Virus genome (UHGV): UHGV-0218009
Direction: 5' to 3' (one strand)
DNA length: 37,594 bases
From: a virus
This document shows, in pieces, positions 15,440 to 24,571 of the stretch; position 1 is the stretch's first letter; every line of letters begins with the position of its first letter. Below the pieces are notes generated by a model. It had not been told where the DNA came from, searched no databases, and saw only the letters and a program-made list of their open reading frames with translations. Made by a program: the position numbers and the translations under genes.

Positions 15440-15673
15440 ATGAAAAGCTATTGGTATGTATCGCTAACACATAAATATCCACAGTCGAACCGCTCAACTG
15501 TTTCGATGCGTGTTGTAATGTCTGTGCAGATAAAAAAGAATGCATCTATTGTCGAAATGACGAGAGAAGCCACACCAAAGGAAATTGATGATTGTAAGCT
15601 TGTTTATTGTGGGCATGGCTATTTTGATGAGAAGAACATTCAAGAAAATATTAAACGAAGCATGAGGGATTAG
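15440..15673 (+). CDS. Hypothetical protein (77 aa)
   Basis: RBS AGGAGAG. Confidence 0.5.
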   Translation: MKSYWYVSLTHKYPQSNRSTVSMRVVMSVQIKKNASIVEMTREATPKEIDDCKLVYCGHGYFDEKNIQENIKRSMRD

Positions 15674-15675
15674 AA

Positions 15676-17010
15676 ATGAAATTTGAAAAGATGAAGTTAT
15701 CAGAACTACACCCTGCTGAATATAATCCAAGGGTTGAATTAAAGTCGGGCATGGAAGAATATGAGAAGCTTAAACAATCCATTTTGGAATTTGGCTTTGT
15801 TGATCCACCAATTTTTAATAAAAGAACAGGAAATTTAGTTGGTGGCCATCAGCGTGTATCGGTAGCAAAAGATTTAGGAATTGGCGAAATTGAAGTATCC
15901 ATTGTAGATTTACCTATCGAAAAAGAAAAAGCTTTAAACATAGCTTTAAATAAGATTTCTGGCCAGTGGGATGAAGATAAATTAGTTGAGTTATTGGAAG
16001 AGCTTAACACAGATGAATTACCTCTAACAGGCTTCAATCAAGAAGAATTAGATGAGCTGTTAGCTGATATGAACAAATTTGAAACTACAGCCGATAGGGT
16101 AAAGGCAAATCCAGCAAATACCAGTTTATTTGATTCTTTCTTGTTTCCGCCATTTTCTTATCTTGATACAAAAACTAAGCGTTGGTTAGATCGTAAACGC
16201 CAATGGAAAGAGCTAGGGATCAAGAGTGAGCTTGGCCGTGAAGATAACTTGGTATTCAATCCTAGCATGCAAGCGCCAGGACTAGAAGGAACATCTATTT
16301 TTGACCCTGTTCTATGCGAATTAGGGTATCGTTGGTTTACACCTAAGACAGAAAGCAATATTTTTGATCCATTCGCTGGTGGTTCTGTGCGTGGAATAGT
16401 AGCTAAAGTTCTTGGGCATAATTACACGGGTATTGATTTGAGAGCAGAACAAATAAGTGCAAATTATGCTAATGCTCGAGAAATTGGTTTAAGTGATATT
16501 AATTGGATTTGTGATGACAGCTTGAATATAGACCATCATATTGAAGATGAAAGTCAAGATTTGTTATTTACATGTCCGCCGTATGCAGACCTTGAAGTTT
16601 ATTCAGACGATGAACGAGACATTAGTAATATGTCCTATGAAGAATTTGCAGAAGTATATAGTGAAATTTTAAAACGTTCTGCTAAAAAGCTAAAAGATAA
16701 TCGCTTCGCAGTGGTCACCATTTCTGATGTCAGAGATAAAAAAGGCTTTTATCAAGATTTAACTGGTTTGACTAAGAGAGCATTTAGCACAGAAGGCTTA
16801 TATTTCTACAATGACATGATTTTGTTAAACGCAGTTGGTTCGGGTTCGCTAAGAGCTAGACGTTTGATGAACAATAGAAAAGTAACCAGAATGCACCAAA
16901 ATGTATTAGTCTTTTATAAAGGAAATCCGAAAAATATTAATCAACATTTCGAAGTTTTAGAAACATTAGATGATGAACTAGAAAATCTCGTAAATGGACT
17001 GGACGAATAA
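15676..17010 (+). CDS. ParB-like nuclease domain fused to an orphan DNA methyltransferase
   Basis: N-terminus LVGGHQRVSVAKDLG (ParB/Srx box). SAM motif I DPFAGGSVRG. Motif IV-like FTCPPYAD about 70 aa downstream (gamma-like order). Confidence 0.7.
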   Translation: MKFEKMKLSELHPAEYNPRVELKSGMEEYEKLKQSILEFGFVDPPIFNKRTGNLVGGHQRVSVAKDLGIGEIEVSIVDLPIEKEKALNIALNKISGQWDEDKLVELLEELNTDELPLTGFNQEELDELLADMNKFETTADRVKANPANTSLFDSFLFPPFSYLDTKTKRWLDRKRQWKELGIKSELGREDNLVFNPSMQAPGLEGTSIFDPVLCELGYRWFTPKTESNIFDPFAGGSVRGIVAKVLGHNYTGIDLRAEQISANYANAREIGLSDINWICDDSLNIDHHIEDESQDLLFTCPPYADLEVYSDDERDISNMSYEEFAEVYSEILKRSAKKLKDNRFAVVTISDVRDKKGFYQDLTGLTKRAFSTEGLYFYNDMILLNAVGSGSLRARRLMNNRKVTRMHQNVLVFYKGNPKNINQHFEVLETLDDELENLVNGLDE

Positions 17011-17047
17011 AAAACAATCGTTTATGCTCTGCATGAGGTGAAGGGTA

Positions 17048-17239
17048 ATGACAAATAAAGAATTAAAAAGCATAGCGGAAAACGCTAGAAGCCTATATAG
17101 AAGTAATCTAATTACTAGGGAAGAAGCAAAAGAACGTATCGAACCATTTATTGAAGCGTACAACAAAAAATCAATTGAGATCGCTAAGAAGTTTAACCAG
17201 AAACCGAAAACAATCTCTTTCGTTTCCTTTTTACGATAA
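17048..17239 (+). CDS. Hypothetical small protein (63 aa)
   Basis: RBS GAGGTGAAGG. Confidence 0.5.
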   Translation: MTNKELKSIAENARSLYRSNLITREEAKERIEPFIEAYNKKSIEIAKKFNQKPKTISFVSFLR

Positions 17240-17247
17240 AAAAAGAA

Positions 17248-17269
17248 GCCGAGTGCGCTAACACTCGAC
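17248..17269. terminator. Stem-loop (gccgagtg/cactcgac) preceded by an A7 tract
   Basis: 6-8 bp stem. The A tract is on the 5' side only. Confidence 0.35.
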
Positions 17270-17375
17270 TACTTCAACGAGATACGAATACCCCGAAGAC
17301 ACAGAAGCTGGCATGCATGCTCTAAAGGAAGTTCTGTGTCTTTTAGCATTATATAATAGTGCGAGGTATTCTACA

Positions 17376-17564
17376 ATGGAAACATTTGATTATGAAGTTC
17401 AACAAGCTTTAGAAAAGCAAAAGGTTGCGGAAGAAAATAACAAGATTATCAGGGCTGCAAAGGCTCAATGGATAAGTAATTTTAAAGAAGGTAAAGTTCG
17501 GTTGGACACTGTTAAAGATTTAAAAGATTTAATTGAAATTGAGAGTCACTTAAAAGATGTATGA
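17376..17564 (+). CDS. Hypothetical small protein (62 aa)
   Basis: ATG with RBS GCGAGGT. The ORF track's longer 17313 start has no RBS. Confidence 0.45.
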   Translation: METFDYEVQQALEKQKVAEENNKIIRAAKAQWISNFKEGKVRLDTVKDLKDLIEIESHLKDV

Positions 17565-17649
17565 TTCATTAGGAAAATAATGTATGAATTTGACTGTATC
17601 CAATTATTCCTCGATAATTGAAGAAGTAATTTATCAAGGAGGTCTTTTT

Positions 17650-18324
17650 ATGTCAATATTCTATAATAATCTAGGAGAATTTCAATGGGTATCTGTTACA
17701 GCTCTAATCAGTATACTTGGGATATTTGTAACTTTAGGATCGACAGTATATACAAACAAGAAAACTATTCGAGCTAATGTTCAATCGAAAACAAGTATTG
17801 AATGGATAAACAAGATAAGAGAATTGTCAGCAGAATTAATAAATAACTATGAATCTTTAGGTCATGCCTCACAAAAATTATATACTTGTATACTAAGTAT
17901 ATCAGCTTTGTCGGATTCATATAACAATGAAAAAAAACAAATTCAAGAAGTAGGGTTTGGTGGTAACATGTCAGTTATCAATCGAATGAACTCTTTGCAT
18001 AAAGAAAAAAAAGAATCAAGTTTAGAATACAATAAATTCAGTTCTATTACGCTTTCCTTATATAATCAACTCTCTCTTTACTTTGTAGATGACTTAACCA
18101 ACAATGAAATATTAGAACAGTTAGAAAAGCTAAAAGAATTTAATAGACGATTAGCGGATGTATTTAAAGAAGACATAGAAGTAAATCAGACTGAGTTTTC
18201 TTATCAAAAAGCTGTAGACAATTATTTAAAAATAGTTGATGAGTTATCATATGAAATTGAAAATTTTAGGAAGCTTATAGCGAAGTACATCAAAGATGAA
18301 TGGAATGCCATTCAGAAAAAATAG
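17650..18324 (+). CDS. AT-rich moron: membrane-anchored protein (N-terminal TM helix + alpha-helical domain); candidate defence or exclusion gene
   Basis: RBS AAGGAGG 8 nt upstream of ATG 17650. WVSVTALISILGIFVTLGSTVY TM helix. GC content visibly lower than the flanking genes. Confidence 0.55.
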   Translation: MSIFYNNLGEFQWVSVTALISILGIFVTLGSTVYTNKKTIRANVQSKTSIEWINKIRELSAELINNYESLGHASQKLYTCILSISALSDSYNNEKKQIQEVGFGGNMSVINRMNSLHKEKKESSLEYNKFSSITLSLYNQLSLYFVDDLTNNEILEQLEKLKEFNRRLADVFKEDIEVNQTEFSYQKAVDNYLKIVDELSYEIENFRKLIAKYIKDEWNAIQKK

Positions 18325-18370
18325 AAAACAAAACTCAACTATCAACATGAATGCGAGGTGGTGTTAATGG

Positions 18371-19228
18371 ATGGCTAGAAAAAGAGATCCACGTCGTGAC
18401 CAGGCTAAAGAAATTTGGTTAAGGTCAAACGGTAAAAAGATTCTTAAAGATTTAGCAAATGAACTAAATGTTTCAGATTCTCAAATTAGAAAATGGAAAT
18501 CGATTGATAAATGGAGTGCTGAATTGAAAGGTAATGTTACCAATGCCAAAGGTAACGTTACTAATCGAGGAGGCGCTCCATTTGGTAATCAGAACGCAGT
18601 AGGCAACAAAGGTAATAGCCGAGCCTCGCCACCACTTGGTAATAAGAACGCTATTAAAACTGGCGAATACGAAACAATATTTGCCGATATGTTATCTGAT
18701 GAAGAAAAGGACATCTATTCTAATCTGAATGATGATCCTTTTTTTATTTTGAATGATGAGATTCGCTTATTAAAGGTACGGCAGTTTAGAATGATGAAAC
18801 GTATCAAAGAAGCTGAAAAAGGACTAAATGATGAAGAAGTTGAACGGTTACAACAGCTAAGGAAAATTAAAACACCAGTTGAAAAAGACGGTAGAAAGCT
18901 AGAAATAAAACGTGAAGTTATGCAAGATGTTCAAGTAACTCGTAAAACATTTAGAAAGTTAGATGACATCTTAGCTATTGAAGATGCGTTGACTCGTGTT
19001 AGTAATCAATTAACTAAGTCAATTAAGCAACTGAACGAATTATCATTGAGTCAAGACAAGAAAGTCATGCTTAATCGTCAAAACGAAAAACTTGCTGCTG
19101 AAATTCGGCGACTCAAAATTCAGAATGGTGACGATATTCCAGAAGTTGAAGATGATGGGTTTATTGCAGCTATCAATAATATAGTTAATGATAATGAGGT
19201 GTGGAATGATGACAATATCGAAACGTAA
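18371..19228 (+). CDS. terS: Terminase small subunit
   Basis: N-terminal HTH (SDSQIRKWKSIDKW). Tandem KGNVTN and GAPFGNQNAVGNKG / PPLGNKNAIKTG repeats typical of TerS. Precedes terL. Confidence 0.8.
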   Translation: MARKRDPRRDQAKEIWLRSNGKKILKDLANELNVSDSQIRKWKSIDKWSAELKGNVTNAKGNVTNRGGAPFGNQNAVGNKGNSRASPPLGNKNAIKTGEYETIFADMLSDEEKDIYSNLNDDPFFILNDEIRLLKVRQFRMMKRIKEAEKGLNDEEVERLQQLRKIKTPVEKDGRKLEIKREVMQDVQVTRKTFRKLDDILAIEDALTRVSNQLTKSIKQLNELSLSQDKKVMLNRQNEKLAAEIRRLKIQNGDDIPEVEDDGFIAAINNIVNDNEVWNDDNIET

Positions 19229-20498
19229 AACATCTGTTGTTTTCAAATTCACATCGTTTTCTAAAAAGCAGAAGCAAGTTTTATCTTGGTGGAAACATCC
19301 CAAGTATAAAGATAAAGAAGCTATTATTTGTGATGGGTCTGTTCGTGCTGGTAAAACAGTTATTATGTCGCTATCTTACATCTTTTGGGCAATGGAAAGC
19401 TATGATGAAGATCAATTCGGAATGGCTGGTAAAACAATTGGTTCATTAAGGCGTAACGTTATACGGCCATTAAAAAAGATGCTTAGGGGTCGTGGCTATA
19501 CTGTTAAAGACAATCGAACAGATAATATCCTTGAAATAACTAAAAATAATAAAACAAATTATTTCTTTTTATTTGGTGGTAAAGATGAAGCTTCGCAAGA
19601 TTTGGTGCAAGGTCTAACTGCAGCTGGATTTTTCTTTGATGAAGTGGCGCTTATGCCACAATCATTTGTAAACCAAGCAACAGCACGTTTATCTGTAGAT
19701 GGTGCTAAATCATGGTTTAACTGTAATCCTGCTGGACCTCATCATTGGTTCAAACTTGAATGGTTAGACAAGCTAACAGAAAAGCATGCTATTCGCATTC
19801 ACTTTACTATGGAAGATAATCCTTCGCTTAGTGAAAGAGTAATTAATCGTTACAAACGAATGTATTCAGGAGTTTTTTATGACAGGTATATTCGTGGATT
19901 ATGGGTATTATCTGAAGGAATTATTTTTGACAACTTTGATGCGGAAACGATGGTAAAAGAACCTCCCAAAAACGCTATAGCTAGTCAATATTACGTATCT
20001 ATAGACTATGGAACTCAAAATGCTACAGTCTTTTTGTTATGGGCTAAATATGAAGAAAATTGGTATTGCATTGATGAGTATTATTACTCTGGTCGTGATG
20101 AATCAAAACAAAAAAGTGATGATAAATATTTGAAAGACCTGAATTCTTTTGTAGAAGGAAAAAAAGTTAAAATTATTGTGGATCCGTCAGCAGCTTCGTT
20201 TATTGCATTACTTAGAGAGAATGGATACAAAGTTATAAAAGCCAAAAATAATGTTATTGACGGCATTCGTGCAACTCAAACAGCAATGAATGAAGGAAAG
20301 ATTTATTTTTCTAGTAACTGTAAAAATTTATTTGCAGAATTTGCATCATATATTTGGGATGAAAAAGCGGCAGATAGAGGCGAAGACAAGCCTATAAAAC
20401 AACATGATCACGCGTGTGATGCGCTAAGATACTTTGTTTACACCATTTTAAATAAATCACGAGGAATTAAGCTACAGAGCGTGAAGGGGGTTATTTAA
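19206..20498 (+). CDS. terL: Terminase large subunit
   Basis: Walker A CDGSVRAGKT, ATPase plus RNaseH-like nuclease domain. The start is ambiguous (19188, 19206 or 19209; GAGGTG RBS at 19197). Confidence 0.9.
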   Translation: MMTISKRKTSVVFKFTSFSKKQKQVLSWWKHPKYKDKEAIICDGSVRAGKTVIMSLSYIFWAMESYDEDQFGMAGKTIGSLRRNVIRPLKKMLRGRGYTVKDNRTDNILEITKNNKTNYFFLFGGKDEASQDLVQGLTAAGFFFDEVALMPQSFVNQATARLSVDGAKSWFNCNPAGPHHWFKLEWLDKLTEKHAIRIHFTMEDNPSLSERVINRYKRMYSGVFYDRYIRGLWVLSEGIIFDNFDAETMVKEPPKNAIASQYYVSIDYGTQNATVFLLWAKYEENWYCIDEYYYSGRDESKQKSDDKYLKDLNSFVEGKKVKIIVDPSAASFIALLRENGYKVIKAKNNVIDGIRATQTAMNEGKIYFSSNCKNLFAEFASYIWDEKAADRGEDKPIKQHDHACDALRYFVYTILNKSRGIKLQSVKGVI

Positions 20499-21982
20499 TG
20501 ACAGAAGAAGTAAGTAGACCAAATACTGAAAGTAAAATACGTGAATTCGTTGACCTTTTAGGAAATCGTGTCTTTTATTGTGATAAAAACGCAAAGATTG
20601 ACGAACGCTTGGTGGATAAATACATTAATAAGCATCGGAAATTAATAGGGTTTTACGAAGAATTAGAAAAGCTCTACAACGGTCAACATGATATTTATTA
20701 TCAAAAAAATAAAGGAATTGGAAAGCCTGACCATCGAATTGCAGTCAACTTTGCCCGTTATGTTGTAGATAGTTCTGCAGCTTTCTTTAACGGTAAACCA
20801 ACAAAGATTACTCATCCAGATGGTGAGGTAAAAGAATTTGTTCAAAATTTCCGTAAACGAAATGAGGAAGAAGACAACGATGCAGAGCTTTCTAAGCTAA
20901 CTGCTATTTATGGGCATGCTTATAAGCTTTTATATCAAAACGAAGAAGCAGAAACGTGCGTGACTTATTTAAAACCTACGCAAGGATTCATTGTTTACGC
21001 AGATGACTTATTAAAAGCGCCTATGTTTGCGGTTCTTTACAACAAAATGGCAAAGGACGAGCTAACAGCAACTGTTTATCCACAAAATAGCACAGAAACG
21101 TTTATTTTTACACAAGACAAGACTTCTAAACGATTGGAAACTAAGAGAGGACCAACCGTTTTTCAGAAAGCCTTGTCTTATTTATTAGGTGGAAAAGAGG
21201 CAATCGCTAATCCGTACGGTGAAGTGCCTATGATTGAGTTTATGGAAAATGACGAACGACAAGGACGTATTGAGTCTGTGTGGTCGCTGATTAATAATTA
21301 CAACGAAGCTCTATCAGAAAAAGCGAACGACGTGAGTTATTTTGCGGACGCTTACCTGAAAATGATAGGAGTAGATTTAGCTGACGAAAACGTCGCTGCT
21401 TATTTACGAGATAACCGAGTGATTAATAGTGCCACTCCTTTATCTGAAGGTGAAACAGTAGACATTGATTTTTTAGATAAACCTAGTTCGGATACAACAC
21501 AAGAAAATCTGTTAGACCGATTAGAACGATTAATCTATCAAATGTCTATGACTTATAATGCAAACGATGAAAGTTTTAGTAATAACGCTTCAGGTATTTC
21601 GCTAGAATTTAAAATGCAAAATCCTAGAAACCTCGCACAAGCAAAAGCTAGGAAGTTTAAAAAAGCATATGCGCAAATGTACAAAATGATTTTTTCATTG
21701 CCTACGAATGTACCTGCTAATAAAGCGAAAGAATGGTTTAATTTAGAATACACTTTTGACTTTAATATTCCGCGCAATATTAAAGACGAAGCGGAAACTG
21801 CACAAAAACTTGAAGGGATTGTTTCAAGAGAAACGCAATTAGGCGTATTATCGATTGTTTCTGACGTGACCCAAGAAATGGAACGTATAAAGGACGAAGA
21901 AACCGAAGAACGTTTAAATCCACAAGTTGATTTTGGTAAATTTACTCAAGCTACGGAAGAAGTGACCGAAGAACATGAGTAA
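20498..21982 (+). CDS. Portal protein
   Basis: 494 aa protein immediately after terL. RBS AAGGGGG. SPP1-like portal architecture inferred from size and position. Confidence 0.8.
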   Translation: MTEEVSRPNTESKIREFVDLLGNRVFYCDKNAKIDERLVDKYINKHRKLIGFYEELEKLYNGQHDIYYQKNKGIGKPDHRIAVNFARYVVDSSAAFFNGKPTKITHPDGEVKEFVQNFRKRNEEEDNDAELSKLTAIYGHAYKLLYQNEEAETCVTYLKPTQGFIVYADDLLKAPMFAVLYNKMAKDELTATVYPQNSTETFIFTQDKTSKRLETKRGPTVFQKALSYLLGGKEAIANPYGEVPMIEFMENDERQGRIESVWSLINNYNEALSEKANDVSYFADAYLKMIGVDLADENVAAYLRDNRVINSATPLSEGETVDIDFLDKPSSDTTQENLLDRLERLIYQMSMTYNANDESFSNNASGISLEFKMQNPRNLAQAKARKFKKAYAQMYKMIFSLPTNVPANKAKEWFNLEYTFDFNIPRNIKDEAETAQKLEGIVSRETQLGVLSIVSDVTQEMERIKDEETEERLNPQVDFGKFTQATEEVTEEHE

Positions 21983-22901
21983 TTATTGGGCGGAACGAGA
22001 AGCAAAACACATCGAAGAAATGCTGAAACGACATGTGAATTACGAACAAGAAATTCATAGACGGTATTTACAGTTATGGAAAACGATAGAAGCAGAAATT
22101 CAACAGTTTTACGTCGCTTATGCAGGGAAAGAGAAGATTAGCATTGATGGAGCGAAACGACGTGCAAGTAAACATGACGTACAAATTTTCGCGGAAAAAG
22201 CGAAACGTTATGTACAAACAAGAGATTTTTCAAAAGAAGCTAACGAGCAATTAAGGTTATACAATTTAACAATGAAGGTTAATCGTTTAGAGCTTTTAAA
22301 ATCGAAAATAGGTTTGTATTTAACAGACAACACTAATCAGCTACAGACCTATTTTACAGCAATGTTAACAGAGGAAGCTGTAGCGGAGTTTGTGCGACAG
22401 GCTGGGATATTAGGCGGGTCCATTCTTTCCAAAGAAACCTACCGAATGTTTGCTAAAGCGATTATTGATGGTTCGTTTCATAACGCGACATTTTCGCAAC
22501 GTTTGTGGGTGAATCAAGATGTTTTGAAAGCAAGTATCGATCGCTTGTTAACAGTTGGTCTATCAGCAGGCAAACATCCAGATATTCTAGCTAGGGAATT
22601 ACGCAAATTAGTTGTGATTGACAGCTTGCGAGGAAAGGAAACGGCTGATTATGTCGCACGTCGGCTAATGATTAGTGAATCCGCAAGAATACAAAGTGAA
22701 GTACAAAAGCAAAGTTACGAAAAATATGGGTATGAAGAATACAACCTAATCGTAGAATCAAACGCTTGTCCTATTTGTGTAGGAATAGCAAGTGCAAATC
22801 CACATAAGGTTTCTGAAATGAGCCCAGGAATCAACGCAAGTCCTATTCACAACTGGTGTCGGTGTAGTACTGCACCTGCTTATAAAGACAAAAAGTTCTA
22901 G
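21975..22901 (+). CDS. Minor head protein (Phage_Mu_F / SPP1 gp7 family)
   Basis: C-terminal NACPICVGIA...NWCRCS motif typical of the gp7/Mu F head morphogenesis domain. Confidence 0.75.
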   Translation: MSNYWAEREAKHIEEMLKRHVNYEQEIHRRYLQLWKTIEAEIQQFYVAYAGKEKISIDGAKRRASKHDVQIFAEKAKRYVQTRDFSKEANEQLRLYNLTMKVNRLELLKSKIGLYLTDNTNQLQTYFTAMLTEEAVAEFVRQAGILGGSILSKETYRMFAKAIIDGSFHNATFSQRLWVNQDVLKASIDRLLTVGLSAGKHPDILARELRKLVVIDSLRGKETADYVARRLMISESARIQSEVQKQSYEKYGYEEYNLIVESNACPICVGIASANPHKVSEMSPGINASPIHNWCRCSTAPAYKDKKF

Positions 22902-23023
22902 CGAAAGTTAGGCTTTTTTTATTTGCCTTCTTACTGCTTACAGGCGTTAAAGAGAAAGCTGTTTCGATTGATAGGCGTAACCTATTAATTTCGATTAGCC
23001 ACGTAATGGCTGGAGGTTTTAAC

Positions 23024-23659
23024 ATGAACGAAGAAAAACACTTATTATTACCGATGGATTTACAATTTTTTGCAGATGAGCCAAATTCTGATGAGCCAAA
23101 CTCTGACAATTCAAACGAATCGGGGGATTCATCGACAAAGGATTCTCAAAATCCAAAAAATGAAAATCCAGACGGAAAAGAAACTGGAAAGACTTTTACC
23201 CGTGATGATGTTGCCAAGATGGTCGCAGCAGAAACTAAAAAAGCTGTGGCGCAAGCAAAATCCGATTGGGAAAAGCAAAAATCTTACGAGCAAATGACTG
23301 CGGAAGAACGTGTTAAGGCGAAAGAACAAGAAGCCGCTGACAAAGAAGCACTAGCGGAAAAACGAGAAAAGGAAGCACAAGCCCGCCTCGACCGTTTAAC
23401 GCGTGCCGAATCTGTTCGTAACGATTTATCCGAGAATGGTCTTTCCGACTACGTAAGTGCTGCACAAGCCGATTTATTGCTTGTGAAAGATACGGACGAG
23501 GATACAAAGAAAGCTGTAGATGAATTAAAACAAATTATTTCAAAAGCTAGAGATGGTATCCAAAAAGAATTGCTGAAAGGTCAAACTGTAAACGTTGCTA
23601 CAGCAACAAAAGAGACCGATTGGCGCAGCAATTTGACTAAAAATTTAGAAAAGAAATAG
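23024..23659 (+). CDS. Scaffolding protein with an N-terminal Prp-type cleavage motif (DLQFFA)
   Basis: RBS GGAGG 8 nt upstream of ATG 23024. Acidic coiled-coil. MNEEKHLLLPMDLQFFADEP mimics the ribosomal L27 N-extension cleaved by the Prp protease. Internal 15-bp tandem repeat GATGAGCCAAAYTCT. Confidence 0.7.
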   Translation: MNEEKHLLLPMDLQFFADEPNSDEPNSDNSNESGDSSTKDSQNPKNENPDGKETGKTFTRDDVAKMVAAETKKAVAQAKSDWEKQKSYEQMTAEERVKAKEQEAADKEALAEKREKEAQARLDRLTRAESVRNDLSENGLSDYVSAAQADLLLVKDTDEDTKKAVDELKQIISKARDGIQKELLKGQTVNVATATKETDWRSNLTKNLEKK

Positions 23660-23672
23660 GAGATGAAAAATT

Positions 23673-24569
23673 ATGCCAGTTATTTTAGATAGCAAAGATT
23701 TAAAAGCAATTGACAAAGAATTTGCTGCAGGCTCGCAAGTTTGGGATTTATTGAAAGGTGGGGCTGCTGCAGTAACAGAAGCGGATTTTGTAGGCGCAAA
23801 AGAAGTCCGCATCAACAAAATGAAAGGTTTTACTGCTAGTGATTATAAACGTAACGAAGACAATAAACGTTCTAAAATTGATGTGGCAAAAGAAACGGTC
23901 AAACTAGAGAAAGAACGTTGGTTTGGTTATGACTTAGACACATTAGATCAATCAGAAAATGCTTCCTATGAAGTTCAAGCGATTGTGGAAGAACACACTC
24001 GTTTAGTTGCGATTCCTGAAAAAGATCGCGTTGCGGTACAACGCCTATTAGAAGCGGCATTTGCGGAAGCAGCGGATGATGATAGCGAAGGAAAATACGT
24101 TGGAAAAACGGTAAAAGAAACCATTACTACAGAAAATGCTTTGGCTTCATATGATGCGGCAGAAGCGTATATGACAGATGCAGAAATTGTCGGTCCGTTT
24201 ATTATGTTTGTATCCACTGACTACTATTCAGCATTAAAAAATGCAAAAGGTGTTTCAAAAACATTTACTACGAACGAGCAACAAATTTCAGGTATTAACC
24301 GTAAAGTTGCGCAGTTAGACGGTTCCGATACTATTATTCAAAAAGTAGCCAAATCTCGTTTACAGGTAGATTCTACGAAGAAAATTAATTATATTCTTGT
24401 GCCTTTGATGGTTTGTTCGCCAGTTGAAAAATACAACTCTATTGATCTAATTCCAGCTTCACAAGACCGTGATGGCTACAGAGACACCATCAAAGGATTA
24501 AACTATTATGATGCTATCGTAACTGAAAAAGCTCGTCCTGCCATTTACGTTTCTTACGATTCAAAGTAA
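23673..24569 (+). CDS. Major capsid protein
   Basis: 298 aa. Strong RBS AGGAGA. Follows the scaffold and precedes the connector genes. Confidence 0.8.
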   Translation: MPVILDSKDLKAIDKEFAAGSQVWDLLKGGAAAVTEADFVGAKEVRINKMKGFTASDYKRNEDNKRSKIDVAKETVKLEKERWFGYDLDTLDQSENASYEVQAIVEEHTRLVAIPEKDRVAVQRLLEAAFAEAADDDSEGKYVGKTVKETITTENALASYDAAEAYMTDAEIVGPFIMFVSTDYYSALKNAKGVSKTFTTNEQQISGINRKVAQLDGSDTIIQKVAKSRLQVDSTKKINYILVPLMVCSPVEKYNSIDLIPASQDRDGYRDTIKGLNYYDAIVTEKARPAIYVSYDSK

Positions 24570-24571
24570 GC

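Noticed and set aside
18528-18565. 18-bp tandem repeat in terS (KGNVTN x2) and TMP internal repeats as possible CRISPR or satellite repeats
   Set aside because: They are in-frame coding repeats typical of TerS and TMP proteins. There are no spacers and no cas genes.
24540-24570. A classical X_XXY_YYZ -1 slippery heptamer at the capsid 3' end
   Set aside because: No canonical heptamer is present in phase. Only the P-site slip AAG to AAA at the stop is possible, so the frameshift idea is kept as a hypothesis and not annotated as a fused CDS.
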